This document shows positions 19,017-29,513 of a stretch of 64,000 nucleotides of DNA, piece after piece. The notes beneath the pieces are model-generated. The model saw only the letters and a list, made by a program, of their open reading frames with translations, ran no database searches and was not told where the DNA came from. The position numbers and the translations under genes are program-made. How positions within the stretch are numbered: the first letter of the stretch is position 1; each line of letters opens with the position of its first letter. The DNA lies in NCBI RefSeq assembly GCF_035314665.1, contig NZ_DATFZD010000137.1:4617-68616 (forward strand). Reading direction: 5' to 3'. This DNA comes from Mycobacterium sp. Lineage in GTDB: Bacteria; Actinomycetota; Actinomycetes; Mycobacteriales; Mycobacteriaceae.

Positions 19017-20866
19017 CGATGTACCAAAACGACTGCGGGCCAACACAGACCCCCGACGACGTCGACATCGACGCGCTGCGCGAGAAATACCGGCAGGAGC
19101 GTGATAAGCGGCTGCGTCCGGAGGGGTCGAAACAGTACGTGGAACTAAAGGACGACTTTGCAGAATTCTCCGAGGTCGATCCTCACACCCCGGCGACGCC
19201 ACGCATGCCGATCGACGAGAACATCGAGGTGGCGGTTCTGGGCGGAGGCATCACCGGACTGCTGGCCGGCGCATACCTCAAGAAGGCGGGCGTCGATGAC
19301 GTGCACATCATCGAGATGGGCGGGGACTTCGGCGGGGTCTGGTATTGGAACCGCTTTCCAGGAATCCAATGCGACAACGACGCGTACTGCTACATCCCGA
19401 TGCTGGAAGAACTTAACTACCTTCCATCAAAGAAGTTCGCCGACGGTGCCGAGATCTACGAGCATTGCCGCCGCATCGCAAAGCATTTCGGACTCTACGA
19501 CGGCGCGATCTTCTCCACCCAGGTTCGTGCGGCGCGCTGGGATGAGACGATCAAGCGCTGGCGCTTGTGCACTAATCGCGGTGACGACATTCGTGCCCGG
19601 TTTGTGGTGATGGCACAGGGCTCATTCAACCGGCCGAAGCTGCCCGGCATCCCCGGCATTAAGGACTTCAAGGGACATATGTTCCATTCCGCTCGCTGGG
19701 ATTACGATTACACGGGTGGCGCCGCCGACGGCGGACTGCACAAGCTGCATGACAAGCGGGTTGCGCTCATCGGTACTGGTGCGACCGGTGTGCAGCTGGT
19801 TCCGCACCTGGGCCGAGATGCCCAGCACCTCTACGTCTTTCAGCGCACGCCCTCATCGGTGGACCTGCGTGGCAACGAGCCCACGGACCCGCAGTGGGCG
19901 ACTTCCCTGCAGCCCGGCTGGCAGGAGAAACGCAAGCGCAACTTCCACCGCTGGTCACCGTTGGGGGAAGGAGCGGTATTCGACGAGCCAGATATGGTCT
20001 GCGATTTCTGGACTGAACTCGGGCGCAACCTGACCGCGCGGATTGCGGCCGCCGACAATCCGGCAGCACTGACCATCGAGCAGATCATGGTGATCCGCGA
20101 AGAAGAGGATTACAAGGTGATGGAGCGGTTGCGGCGCCGCGTCGGGGAGCTCGTCGAGGACCCGCAGACGGCCGAAGCGCTCAAACCGTACTACCGATTC
20201 ATGTGCAAGCGGCCCTGCAGCAACGACGAATACCTGCCGACGTTCAATCGCCCGAACGTCACTTTGGTCGATGTGTCGGAATCCAAAGGCGTGGAACGGC
20301 TCACCGAGAACGGGATCGTCGCCAACGGCGTCGAGTACGAAGTCGACTGCGTCATCTTCGCCAGCGGTTTCGAGATCACCACTGACATCAGCCGTCGGTA
20401 CGCGGTCGATGTAATCGAGGGCCGTGACGGCCTGTCGCTCTTCGATCACTGGCGCGACAGCTACAAATCGCTCCATGGCATGACCAGCCGAGGCTTCCCC
20501 AATCAGTTCTTCACCGGCTTCATCCAGGGCGGCGTGGCGGGGAACACCACCGCGATGCTCGAGCAACAGGCCGAACACATCGCTTACATTATTTCCGAAG
20601 CAGTGGCGCGCCGCGCGACGACCGTCGAGCCGAGCCAGGAAGCTCAAGACAACTGGGTCAAGACAATCCGCGAAACTTCGATAGACGGCTCGGAATTCGC
20701 GATTTCCTGCACGCCAGGTTATTACAACAATGAGGGCGGCGGAGGGGGCGAGGGCATCCGCTCGGCCATCGGCGACCCCTACATGCCGGGCTTCTACGTG
20801 TTCGACGACCTCATACGGGAGTGGCGCGACAAGGGCGACCTGGAAGGTCTGGTCTTGGGCGCATGA
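19013..20866 (+). CDS. Type I Baeyer-Villiger monooxygenase
   Basis: GGVWYWNRFPG, fingerprint FKGHMFHSARWD, two Rossmann motifs. Confidence 0.92.
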   Translation: MTMYQNDCGPTQTPDDVDIDALREKYRQERDKRLRPEGSKQYVELKDDFAEFSEVDPHTPATPRMPIDENIEVAVLGGGITGLLAGAYLKKAGVDDVHIIEMGGDFGGVWYWNRFPGIQCDNDAYCYIPMLEELNYLPSKKFADGAEIYEHCRRIAKHFGLYDGAIFSTQVRAARWDETIKRWRLCTNRGDDIRARFVVMAQGSFNRPKLPGIPGIKDFKGHMFHSARWDYDYTGGAADGGLHKLHDKRVALIGTGATGVQLVPHLGRDAQHLYVFQRTPSSVDLRGNEPTDPQWATSLQPGWQEKRKRNFHRWSPLGEGAVFDEPDMVCDFWTELGRNLTARIAAADNPAALTIEQIMVIREEEDYKVMERLRRRVGELVEDPQTAEALKPYYRFMCKRPCSNDEYLPTFNRPNVTLVDVSESKGVERLTENGIVANGVEYEVDCVIFASGFEITTDISRRYAVDVIEGRDGLSLFDHWRDSYKSLHGMTSRGFPNQFFTGFIQGGVAGNTTAMLEQQAEHIAYIISEAVARRATTVEPSQEAQDNWVKTIRETSIDGSEFAISCTPGYYNNEGGGGGEGIRSAIGDPYMPGFYVFDDLIREWRDKGDLEGLVLGA

Positions 20867-21690
20867 CGGTCACGACGTTCTCAACCCGCGATCTCACGTC
20901 GCGCATCGCCAGCGTAATCCGCGCCGAAAAGCGCGATCTGCTCAGTGGTGTGCACGCGGGTATGCTCCGAGAGCTGCTCGAACGACGAGGGGTGTTGGTT
21001 TTTCCGCAGATCCACTTCACCGACGAGGAACACATCGCGTTCACCGAGACGTTGGGCACGCTGGCGACCGAACGACGCGGAGAGCAGGTCTACAACGTCA
21101 CTTTGGATACCGCCGTCAATAAGCACGCGGATTACCTGAAAGGATCCCTGTACTGGCATATCGACGGGACGATGAACGAGGTGCCCATCTTCGCGTCGTT
21201 ATTGTCTAGCAAGGTGCTTCCCCGAGACGGCGGGGGTGACACCGAGTTTTGCAACACCTATGCCGCCTACGAAGCTCTGCCCGACGAGGACAAGCAGGCG
21301 CTCGAGTCGCTGCGGGCGATGCATTCAACGTGGAATACGCTGCTGTACTACGGCCCCGAGCCCGACATCACGACATTAAGACAGATGATGGCCCTCGGCG
21401 AGCGGGAGTTGCCCTTGGTCTGGACACATCGGTCCGGGCGCAAGTCGCTCATCCTCGGTTGTACCGCCAGTCGCATTCTCGGCATGGACATCATGGCGAG
21501 CACCGAAACGCTGGTGCGTCTGCGCGATTGGGCGACTCGGCCGGAATTCGTGTACCGCCACATGTGGTCTGTCGGCGATCTGGTGATGTGGGACAACACC
21601 GGCACGATGCATCGCGCGCGGCCCTACAATCCCGAATCCGGGCGGATGCTGACCCGGACCAAACTCGCCGGTGAGGAACCGTTCACTTGA
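20863..21690 (+). CDS. TauD/TfdA family 2OG-Fe(II) dioxygenase
   Basis: WHID, GGDTEF and WDNTGTMHRA facial-triad motifs. Confidence 0.92.
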   Translation: MTVTTFSTRDLTSRIASVIRAEKRDLLSGVHAGMLRELLERRGVLVFPQIHFTDEEHIAFTETLGTLATERRGEQVYNVTLDTAVNKHADYLKGSLYWHIDGTMNEVPIFASLLSSKVLPRDGGGDTEFCNTYAAYEALPDEDKQALESLRAMHSTWNTLLYYGPEPDITTLRQMMALGERELPLVWTHRSGRKSLILGCTASRILGMDIMASTETLVRLRDWATRPEFVYRHMWSVGDLVMWDNTGTMHRARPYNPESGRMLTRTKLAGEEPFT

Positions 21691-22637
21691 GCGGAATCGC
21701 TGAGCAGCAACTGAGATTCGACGACCGCGTCGCCGTGGTGACCGGCGCCGGTCGCGGGTTGGGCCGCGCATACGCGGAACTGCTGGCATCGCGCGGAGCG
21801 AAGGTCGTCGTCAACGACTCCGGCGGCAGCCTCGCCGGCGAGGGCGTGGACGCCGGGCCGGCCGAGCAGGTGGTCAGCGCGATCGCCGCGGCCGGAGGAC
21901 AAGCCGTCGCGTGCGCCGAGTCGGTGACGACCCGCGAAGGTGGAGATGCGATTGTCCGGACCGCGCTCGAACACTACGGTCGCCTCGACATCCTGATCCA
22001 TAACGCGGGCAACGTCCGTCGCGGCTCGCTGAAGGAGATGAGCTACGAGGATTTCGACGCGGTACTCGACGTGCACCTTCGTGGCGCTTTCAACGTTGTG
22101 CGACCCGCATTTCCGGTGATGTGCCAGGCTGGCTACGGGCGCATTGTGCTGACGTCGTCGATCGGCGGCTTGTACGGAAACCGCGACGTAGCCAACTACG
22201 CAGCGGCCAAGGCCGGCGTGATCGGGCTGTCCAACGTCGCGGCTATCGAAGGTGCCGACGAGGGCGTGACATGCAACGTGATCGTTCCGGCCGCGGTGAC
22301 ACGAATGGCCGCGGGAATCGACACCTCGGCCTACCCGCCGATGGGCCCGGATCTGGTTGCGCCCGTGGTGGGTTGGCTCGCACACGAATCCTGTTCGGTG
22401 ACCGGGGAGATGTTCATCGCGCTGGCGGGCCGGGTGGCGCGGGTGGTCGTCGCCGAGGCCCCGGGCGTGTGCCGGCCGTCGTGGACGGTTGAGGATGTCG
22501 GCGAGTATCTGGAGGCGATTCGAAAGGTAGAGGCGCCGCTCGTTTTTCCGGTCGTACCCGACGGCCATGACCAGCACATCCGCTACAGCTTCGAACTGGC
22601 GCACCGGTCGAGCGATCGAGGCGCACTCCATGGCTAG
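21687..22637 (+). CDS. SDR (MFE-2/3-hydroxyacyl-CoA dehydrogenase-like)
   Basis: TGAGRGLGRAYA, VVVND, NYAAAK. Confidence 0.88.
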   Translation: MSGIAEQQLRFDDRVAVVTGAGRGLGRAYAELLASRGAKVVVNDSGGSLAGEGVDAGPAEQVVSAIAAAGGQAVACAESVTTREGGDAIVRTALEHYGRLDILIHNAGNVRRGSLKEMSYEDFDAVLDVHLRGAFNVVRPAFPVMCQAGYGRIVLTSSIGGLYGNRDVANYAAAKAGVIGLSNVAAIEGADEGVTCNVIVPAAVTRMAAGIDTSAYPPMGPDLVAPVVGWLAHESCSVTGEMFIALAGRVARVVVAEAPGVCRPSWTVEDVGEYLEAIRKVEAPLVFPVVPDGHDQHIRYSFELAHRSSDRGALHG

Positions 22638-23838
22638 CCCAACGCGGACGGGACCGCTGGCCGATGTGCGGGTAATCGACCTCACCGCCATGGTGATGGG
22701 ACCTTACTGCACGCAAATCATGGCCGACATGGGTGCTGACGTGATCAAAGTCGAACCGCCACAGGGCGATAACACCCGCTACATCTCGGTAGGTCCGGCG
22801 CCGGGCATGAGTGGAGTGTTCGTCAACGTCAACCGCGGCAAGCGCAGCATCGTGTTGGACCTGCAAACCGACGCCGGTACACGGGCGCTGCGCGCGCTGC
22901 TTGAGACCGCGGATGTGTTCATCCACTCGATGCGCGCCAAAGCGATCGCCAAGCTCGGCTTCTGCTACCAAGACGTCGCCGCGATCAACCCGGCGATCGT
23001 CTACACCAATTGCTACGGGTACGGGCGCCGCGGACCCGACCGCGACCGGCCCGCCTATGACGACACGATCCAGGCCGAATGCGGTCTGCCGGCGGTACAA
23101 GAGCAACTGACCGGCGAGGCCGACTACGTCGGAACCATCATGGCCGACAAGGTCGCCGGGCTGACCGCGCTGTATGCGACGACCATGGCGTTGTTTCACC
23201 GCGAGCGCACCGGGGAGGGGCAGGAAGTCGAGGTCGCCATGTTCGAAACCATGGCCACGTTCATGCTTGTCGAACACGCCAACGGCGCCCTGTTCGATCC
23301 TCCCTTGGGGCCGGCGGTGTATCCGCGTACCGTGGCGCCCAACCGTCGCCCGTATCGCACCAGCGATGGCCACGTCGCCGCATTGATTTACAACGACAAG
23401 CACTGGAATGCGTTCATCAACGCGGTGCGGCCGCCGTGGGCCAGTGAGCTGTATTCGACGCTGGAACAACGTGCCCGCCAGATTGACACGGTGTATGGAC
23501 TAGTGGCCGAGACGCTGAAACAGCGGACGACGCAGGAATGGCTGGCGCTGTTCGGCGAACTCGAGATACCGGCCGCGCCACTCAATACGCCCGGCGACTT
23601 GTTCGACGATCCGCATCTCAACGCCGTCGGCATGTTCGAGACCGTCGACACCCCGCACGGACCGGTGCGCTTCCCGGGCGTACCCGCCTGGTTCTCACGA
23701 ACACCGGGTCGCGTTGCGGGACCGGCGCCAGAGCTGGGCGCCGACACCGCCGAGATCCTCGACGAGCTAGATCTGGCGGTCGACGTGACACCCATGTCTC
23801 GGGCCGAAAACGACTCGCTCGACGGTATCTATCCCTAA
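22630..23838 (+). CDS. CaiB/BaiF (family III) CoA transferase
   Basis: VRVIDL...GADVIKVEPP, NRGKRS, AYD catalytic Asp, APELGADT. Confidence 0.92.
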   Translation: MASPTRTGPLADVRVIDLTAMVMGPYCTQIMADMGADVIKVEPPQGDNTRYISVGPAPGMSGVFVNVNRGKRSIVLDLQTDAGTRALRALLETADVFIHSMRAKAIAKLGFCYQDVAAINPAIVYTNCYGYGRRGPDRDRPAYDDTIQAECGLPAVQEQLTGEADYVGTIMADKVAGLTALYATTMALFHRERTGEGQEVEVAMFETMATFMLVEHANGALFDPPLGPAVYPRTVAPNRRPYRTSDGHVAALIYNDKHWNAFINAVRPPWASELYSTLEQRARQIDTVYGLVAETLKQRTTQEWLALFGELEIPAAPLNTPGDLFDDPHLNAVGMFETVDTPHGPVRFPGVPAWFSRTPGRVAGPAPELGADTAEILDELDLAVDVTPMSRAENDSLDGIYP

Positions 23839-23851
23839 GGAGTTTTCCACC

Positions 23852-25558
23852 ATGGCTGTGCCCGTTTACAAACGCATGCTCGACCTGTTCGAGGCGGAGG
23901 GTGTGAATACGTTGTTCGGTATCCCCGACCCGAACTTCGTGCACCTGTTCCTAGAGGCGGAATCGCGTGGCTGGGCGGTGATCTCGCCTCATCACGAGGA
24001 GAGTGCGGGTTTCATGGCCGAGGCCGTCTCGCGGATGACGGGCAAGCCGGGCTTGTGCATCGGCACGCTGGGTCCCGGCGTGGCCAATATCGCCGGGGCG
24101 ATGATGTGCGCCAAGGTCGAGAACTCGCCGGTCATCTTCCTCGGCGGCCAGCGGGCACGCATCACCGAGCGGCGAGTACGGCGTGGACGCATCCAGTTCG
24201 TCCGCCAGGAAGCGCTTTTCGCGCCGACGGTGAAGTACAGCGCGTCGATCGAATACGCCGACCAAACCGATGAAATCATTCGAGAGGCGATTCGGCGCGC
24301 GATGTCGACGACGCCCGGCCCGGCTTACGTCGAGTTCCCGTCTCACGTAATTCTGGAAGAGTTGGATGTCCCAGACCCGCTGCCTCCCAGCGCGTATCGG
24401 CTTGTCAACCACGGGGCTGGCGCGCGGGAGATCGCCGAGGCGGCCAGGCTGGTGCGCGAGGCCGAGAATCCCATCCTGCTGGTCGGTCACGGCGTTCACA
24501 CGTCGCGCACCGGAGATGCGGTCAGGGAACTGGCCGAGCTGATGGCCTGCCCGGTGATCCAGACATCGGGTGGCACCTCGTTCATCTCCGGTCTGGAGGA
24601 CCGCACCTTTCCCTACGGATTCTCGTCCGCCGCAGTCGAGGCCGTGGTCGCGTCGGACTTGTGCATAGCGCTCGGGACCGAGCTCGGCGAACCGGTTCAT
24701 TACGGCAGAACACGCCACTGGGAACAGAACAACGCCGCTCGCAAGTGGATCTATGCCGAGCAGGATCCGACGGCGATCGGGGTGAACAGGCCGGTGGACG
24801 TGCCGCTGGTGGGAGACTTGCGCGGCGTGGTGCCTCAGCTGGTCGAAGCGCTGAAGGACACCCCCCGTTCGCCGTCGGCCGATCTTGGCCGCTGGATCAA
24901 GCAGGATGCCGACCAGCTTGCCGAATTGGCCGAGACCGCGCCCAGCGGCCGCACCCCGGTCCACCCTGCTCGCTTCGTCGTCGAGGCGACCAAAGCCTTT
25001 CCGGCCGAAGGCATCATGGTCCGTGACGGCGGCGCGACGGTCATCTTTCAGTGGACCTATTCGCTGGCCAAGCCGCACGACGTCATCTGGAACCAGAACT
25101 TCGGACACCTGGGCACGGGCTTGCCCTACGCCGTCGGCGCTTCGGTCGCCGACGGCGGCAAGCGCCCGGTCATGCTGCTGACCAGCGACTCCTCGTTCAT
25201 GTTCCATATCGCCGAGCTGGAGACCGCCGCGCGTCTAAAGCTGCCGCTGGTGTGCGTTGTGGGTGTCGACCACCAATGGGGTCTTGAAGTCGGCGTCTAC
25301 AAGCGCACGTTTGCTCAGCCGTCACCGCAGCCCGGCGTGCACTGGAGCAAGGACGTGCGCTTCGACAAGATCGCCGAGGGCTTCGGCTGTTACGGCGAAT
25401 ACGTGGAAAAGGAAGAGGAGATCGGCCCGGCGATCGAGCGAGCGTATGCCAGCGGCAAGACCGCCGTCGTGCACGTCTGCATCGACCCGAAGGCGAACTC
25501 CGAGGAGATGCCGAACTATGGTGAATTCCGCACTTGGTACGCCGAAGGCACCCAGTAA
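23852..25558 (+). CDS. ThDP-dependent enzyme (ALS/HACL/benzaldehyde-lyase fold)
   Basis: HHEESAGFMAE catalytic Glu, GPG, FGHLG. ThDP motif degenerate (SDSS...D). Confidence 0.85.
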   Translation: MAVPVYKRMLDLFEAEGVNTLFGIPDPNFVHLFLEAESRGWAVISPHHEESAGFMAEAVSRMTGKPGLCIGTLGPGVANIAGAMMCAKVENSPVIFLGGQRARITERRVRRGRIQFVRQEALFAPTVKYSASIEYADQTDEIIREAIRRAMSTTPGPAYVEFPSHVILEELDVPDPLPPSAYRLVNHGAGAREIAEAARLVREAENPILLVGHGVHTSRTGDAVRELAELMACPVIQTSGGTSFISGLEDRTFPYGFSSAAVEAVVASDLCIALGTELGEPVHYGRTRHWEQNNAARKWIYAEQDPTAIGVNRPVDVPLVGDLRGVVPQLVEALKDTPRSPSADLGRWIKQDADQLAELAETAPSGRTPVHPARFVVEATKAFPAEGIMVRDGGATVIFQWTYSLAKPHDVIWNQNFGHLGTGLPYAVGASVADGGKRPVMLLTSDSSFMFHIAELETAARLKLPLVCVVGVDHQWGLEVGVYKRTFAQPSPQPGVHWSKDVRFDKIAEGFGCYGEYVEKEEEIGPAIERAYASGKTAVVHVCIDPKANSEEMPNYGEFRTWYAEGTQ

Positions 25559-25574
25559 AAGAAGGAAGGTTGTC

Positions 25575-27011
25575 ATGCGCGAATACTTGAAGTTCTACAT
25601 CGACGGATCCTGGGTTGACCCGTTGCGGCCCAATAGTTTTGACGTCGAAAACCCGGCGACTGAGCAGGTGTCCGGGCAGATCTCGCTCGGTTCGGCCGCC
25701 GACGTCGACGTAGCGGTCAAGGCCGCCCGACGGGCTTTCACCGGCTGGTCACAAACCAGTCGTCAACAGCGCCTCGATCTGCTGGAGGCCATCCTCGCCG
25801 AATACCAGAAGCGTGCGGGCGACCTCGCCGACGCGGTCACCGAGGAAATCGGTGCGCCGCCGTCGCTGGCCGCCGGCCCGCAGGTCCAACTCGGGATCGG
25901 TCACCTGGTGACGGCGATCGACGTGCTGAAGAACTTCCCATTCGAAGAGCAGCACGGGGCAACGCTGATCGCCAAGGAGCCCATCGGCGTGTGCGGGCTG
26001 ATCACGCCATGGAACTGGCCGCTCAACCAGATCGCGGTCAAGGTGTACCCGGCGTTGGCGACCGGGTGCACGATGGTCCTCAAACCATCTGAGGTGGCGC
26101 CGTTCTCGGCCTACATCTTCACCGAGATCCTCGATGCCGCGGGCGTGCCGGCCGGTGTCTACAACCTGGTCAACGGCGATGGCCCCGGCGTCGGCGTCGC
26201 GCTGGCGAGCCACCCCGACGTCGACATGGTGTCGTTCACCGGATCCACCCGCGCCGGTGTCCAGGTGGCCACGAATGCCGCTCCGACAGTGAAGCGGGTG
26301 ACTCAGGAACTCGGCGGCAAGAGCCCCAACATTGTCCTCGACGACGCCAGCTTCGCCGACAGTGTCCGCGCCGGCGTGGTCAACATGATGCCCAATTCCG
26401 GGCAGAGCTGTAACGCGCCGTCGCGCATGCTGGTCCCGAATTCGCGCATGGCCGAGGCGATCACCGTCGCGCGGGAAACCGCCGAGCAGGTGAAGGTGGG
26501 CAACCCCAGCGATAAAACCGCCATCGGGCCGGTGGCGTCGCGGGCACAGTTCGACAAGGTCCAGGGCCTGATCCGGAAAGGCATCGACGAGGGCGCGACC
26601 GTCGTGGCCGGCGGCCCGGGTCGACCGGCGGGGTTGGACAAGGGTTACTACGTCAAGCCGACCGTCTTCGCAAACGTCACCAACGACATGACGATTGCGC
26701 GCGAGGAGATCTTCGGGCCGGTGCTGTGCGTCCTCGGCTATGACGACATCGATCAAGCCGTGGAGATCGCCAACGACACCGAGTACGGCTTGGCCGGCTA
26801 TGTGTCGGGGGCCGACCACGACAAGGCGCGAGAGGTGGCCCGCAAGATCCGGGCCGGGTGGGTGACGATCAATCACGCCTTTGACATGAACGCGGCGTTC
26901 GGTGGCTACAAGCACAGCGGCAACGGTCGGGAGTGGAGCGAGTTCGGGTTCAACGAGTATTTAGAGGTCAAAAGCACTTTGGGCTACGCGCCCGACAAAG
27001 CCGCCGGATAG
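25575..27011 (+). CDS. Aldehyde dehydrogenase
   Basis: PWNWP, FTGS, ELGGKSP, GQSC, EEIFGPV. Confidence 0.95.
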   Translation: MREYLKFYIDGSWVDPLRPNSFDVENPATEQVSGQISLGSAADVDVAVKAARRAFTGWSQTSRQQRLDLLEAILAEYQKRAGDLADAVTEEIGAPPSLAAGPQVQLGIGHLVTAIDVLKNFPFEEQHGATLIAKEPIGVCGLITPWNWPLNQIAVKVYPALATGCTMVLKPSEVAPFSAYIFTEILDAAGVPAGVYNLVNGDGPGVGVALASHPDVDMVSFTGSTRAGVQVATNAAPTVKRVTQELGGKSPNIVLDDASFADSVRAGVVNMMPNSGQSCNAPSRMLVPNSRMAEAITVARETAEQVKVGNPSDKTAIGPVASRAQFDKVQGLIRKGIDEGATVVAGGPGRPAGLDKGYYVKPTVFANVTNDMTIAREEIFGPVLCVLGYDDIDQAVEIANDTEYGLAGYVSGADHDKAREVARKIRAGWVTINHAFDMNAAFGGYKHSGNGREWSEFGFNEYLEVKSTLGYAPDKAAG

Positions 27012-27017
27012 CGGGCA

Positions 27018-27899
27018 ATGGGTCCCCTGACAGGGAAAGTCGCGCTGGTGACCGGCGCCAGCCGCGGGATCGGCAAGGGGATCGCGCTGGCGCTGGGAGC
27101 CGAAGGGGCGACAGTGTACGTCTCGGGACGCACGGTCGACCCGGGCATGCAATCGCTGCCCGGCACAGTGCGGGAGACCGCCGAGGAAGTCTGCCGCCGT
27201 GGCGGCAAGGGCGTCGCGGTGGTGGTTGACCACCGTGATGATGATCAGGTCGCTGCGCTGTTCGACCGGATTCATCGTGAGCAGGGCATGCTCGACATCC
27301 TGGTCAACAACGCCTTCGCCATTCCCGAGGATCTGACAGAGCCCAGGCCGTTCTGGGAAAAGCCGCTGTCGGACTGGGAGATGGTCGACGTCGGTGTGCG
27401 ATCGAACTTTGTCGCGGCATGGCATGCGGCGAAGATCATGGTCGGCCAGCGGTCGGGGCTGATCGTTGCGGTCTCTGGCTACGTCGGGGTGACCTACACC
27501 TATGGCGTTGTGTTCGGGATGTGCAAGACCGCGGTCGACCGAATGGCGCGCGATATGGCCATCGAGTTGCAGCCACACCACGTCGCGTCGCTGTCGTTGT
27601 GGCAGGGATTGACCTCCACCGAACGGGCGCAACGCAACTTGGCGCGCAACCCAGCCATGCAGGAGCTGACGGTCACCAAGCCGGCCTTTGGCTGCTCGCC
27701 CGAATTTCCGGGCCGGGTGATCGCAGCACTGGCTGGTGACCCCGACGTGATGACGCGGTCGGGAGGCACATTCATCACCGCCGAGGTTGCGCAGGACTAC
27801 GGGATCACCGACATCGATGGGCGGGTGATCCCGTCGCTGCGGGCCGAGCGCGGCTCGCCGATCTGGGGACCGATCGCGGAAGCCGCCCATGGACGCTGA
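27018..27899 (+). CDS. SDR family oxidoreductase (DHRS1-like)
   Basis: TGASRGIG, NNA. FGMCK replaces the usual YxxxK. Confidence 0.85.
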   Translation: MGPLTGKVALVTGASRGIGKGIALALGAEGATVYVSGRTVDPGMQSLPGTVRETAEEVCRRGGKGVAVVVDHRDDDQVAALFDRIHREQGMLDILVNNAFAIPEDLTEPRPFWEKPLSDWEMVDVGVRSNFVAAWHAAKIMVGQRSGLIVAVSGYVGVTYTYGVVFGMCKTAVDRMARDMAIELQPHHVASLSLWQGLTSTERAQRNLARNPAMQELTVTKPAFGCSPEFPGRVIAALAGDPDVMTRSGGTFITAEVAQDYGITDIDGRVIPSLRAERGSPIWGPIAEAAHGR

Positions 27900-28491
27900 A
27901 CGTCTTGGGTGGCTACTCGACCGGCAGGACATCCTGGACTGCCTGACGCGGTTCAGTCGCGGCATGGACCGCTTCGACCGGGAACTTCTGCTGTCCGCCT
28001 TTCATCCGAACGCGGTGATCGCTGCGGGCGACTTCGTTGGCGGCCCCGCCGATCTCTACGACTGGGCTTCGGCTATGCATGAGCAGGGCCAGGTGGCCAC
28101 GCACCACAATCTGCTCAACAACACCTGTGAGATCGACGGCGACACCGCGCACAGCGAGACGTATTACTTGTTCGTCGGGCGTAACCGCGACGAGACGAAC
28201 TGGATGGCCGGAGGCCGCTATATCGATCGGCTGGACCGGGGTGATGGAGCCTGGCGGATCGCGTTGCGTACCAACATCATCGAATGGTCAGGCATGGTCC
28301 CCACCCTGCCAATCCCATTCGCGGATGTGCCCGACATCCACGGCAACGGCGCGCCGTCGCGCAGCAAGGGGGATCCGTCGTATCAGCGGCCGCTCCTCAA
28401 TCGGCGGGCGAGGCGGCAATCCGCTGGTGACAAAGGCGATCTCGGGCCACACGGCCGAGAAGACGGTCGATTAGGTCGGTTATCACGTTAG
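27889..28491 (+). CDS. SnoaL/NTF2-like protein (LinA/BaiE-like)
   Basis: DRQDILDCLTRFSRGMDR...GGRYIDRL...WRIALR. Confidence 0.82.
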   Translation: MDAERLGWLLDRQDILDCLTRFSRGMDRFDRELLLSAFHPNAVIAAGDFVGGPADLYDWASAMHEQGQVATHHNLLNNTCEIDGDTAHSETYYLFVGRNRDETNWMAGGRYIDRLDRGDGAWRIALRTNIIEWSGMVPTLPIPFADVPDIHGNGAPSRSKGDPSYQRPLLNRRARRQSAGDKGDLGPHGREDGRLGRLSR

Positions 28492-28509
28492 AAGGAGATG
28501 ATTTCATCG

Positions 28510-29502
28510 ATGTTTTCAGCAGTTTTGATCGAGAAGGGTGAGGCGGGACAGACGGTTGGGGTCACCGAGCTGGACGAGGCGCAGCTGCCGGACGGCTCGG
28601 ATGACACGGTCAGCATCGACGTCGAGTACTCCACGCTGAACTACAAGGACGGCCTAGCCATTACGGGTAAATCGCCTGTGGTGCGCAAATTTCCGATGGT
28701 TCCGGGTATCGATCTCGCTGGCGTGGTGACCGAGAGTAGCCACGCCGACTGGGGCAAGGGCGACCGTGTGGTGCTCAACGGTTGGGGCGTCGGCGAGACG
28801 CATTGGGGCGGCCTCGCGCAGCGTGCCCGCCTCAACGGCGATTGGCTGATAGCCCTGCCCTCCGCTTTCACCGCCCACCAGGCGATGGCGATCGGCACCG
28901 CAGGCTACACCGCCAGCCTTTGCGTGGATGCACTGCTGCAGCACGGGGTGTCTGCGGATCAGGGCGAGATCCTGGTGACCGGCGCGACCGGCGGTGTGGG
29001 CACCGTCGCGATCGCGTTGTTGTCCGCAGCCGGGTTCAAAGTGGTTGCCGCGACCGGAAAGTCGTCGGAAGAGCAGTTCCTGCAGCAGCTCGGTGCCGTG
29101 ACGGTGTTGGACCGCGCCGAATTCAGCGAGGCCGGCAAGCCGCTGCAGAAGGAGCGGTGGGCGGGTGTCGTCGACGCTGTCGGTAGCCATACGCTGGTCA
29201 ACGCCTGCGCGCAGACCCGGTATGGCGGCGCTGTGGCCACCTGCGGCCTGGCTGGCGGCATGGACTTTCCGGCGACGGTTGCGCCGTTTATTCTGCGTGG
29301 CGTTTCGCTGCTTGGTATCGACAGCGTGATGGTGCCCAAGCAGCGACGTTTGGCGGCCTGGGAAAGACTGTCGCGCGATCTGGATGCCGGCGCTCTCGAT
29401 TCGATCGCTCAGGAGATCGGACTGGGTGAGGCGATCGCTTCGGCGGGGGAACTGATGGACGGCCGGGTACGTGGCCGCATCGTAATCGACGTCAACCGCT
29501 GA
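28510..29502 (+). CDS. acuI: Acryloyl-CoA reductase-like MDR (YhdH/AcuI family)
   Basis: [46 protein letters not shown]. Confidence 0.85.
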   Translation: MFSAVLIEKGEAGQTVGVTELDEAQLPDGSDDTVSIDVEYSTLNYKDGLAITGKSPVVRKFPMVPGIDLAGVVTESSHADWGKGDRVVLNGWGVGETHWGGLAQRARLNGDWLIALPSAFTAHQAMAIGTAGYTASLCVDALLQHGVSADQGEILVTGATGGVGTVAIALLSAAGFKVVAATGKSSEEQFLQQLGAVTVLDRAEFSEAGKPLQKERWAGVVDAVGSHTLVNACAQTRYGGAVATCGLAGGMDFPATVAPFILRGVSLLGIDSVMVPKQRRLAAWERLSRDLDAGALDSIAQEIGLGEAIASAGELMDGRVRGRIVIDVNR

Positions 29503-29513
29503 CGGGAGCGCTG

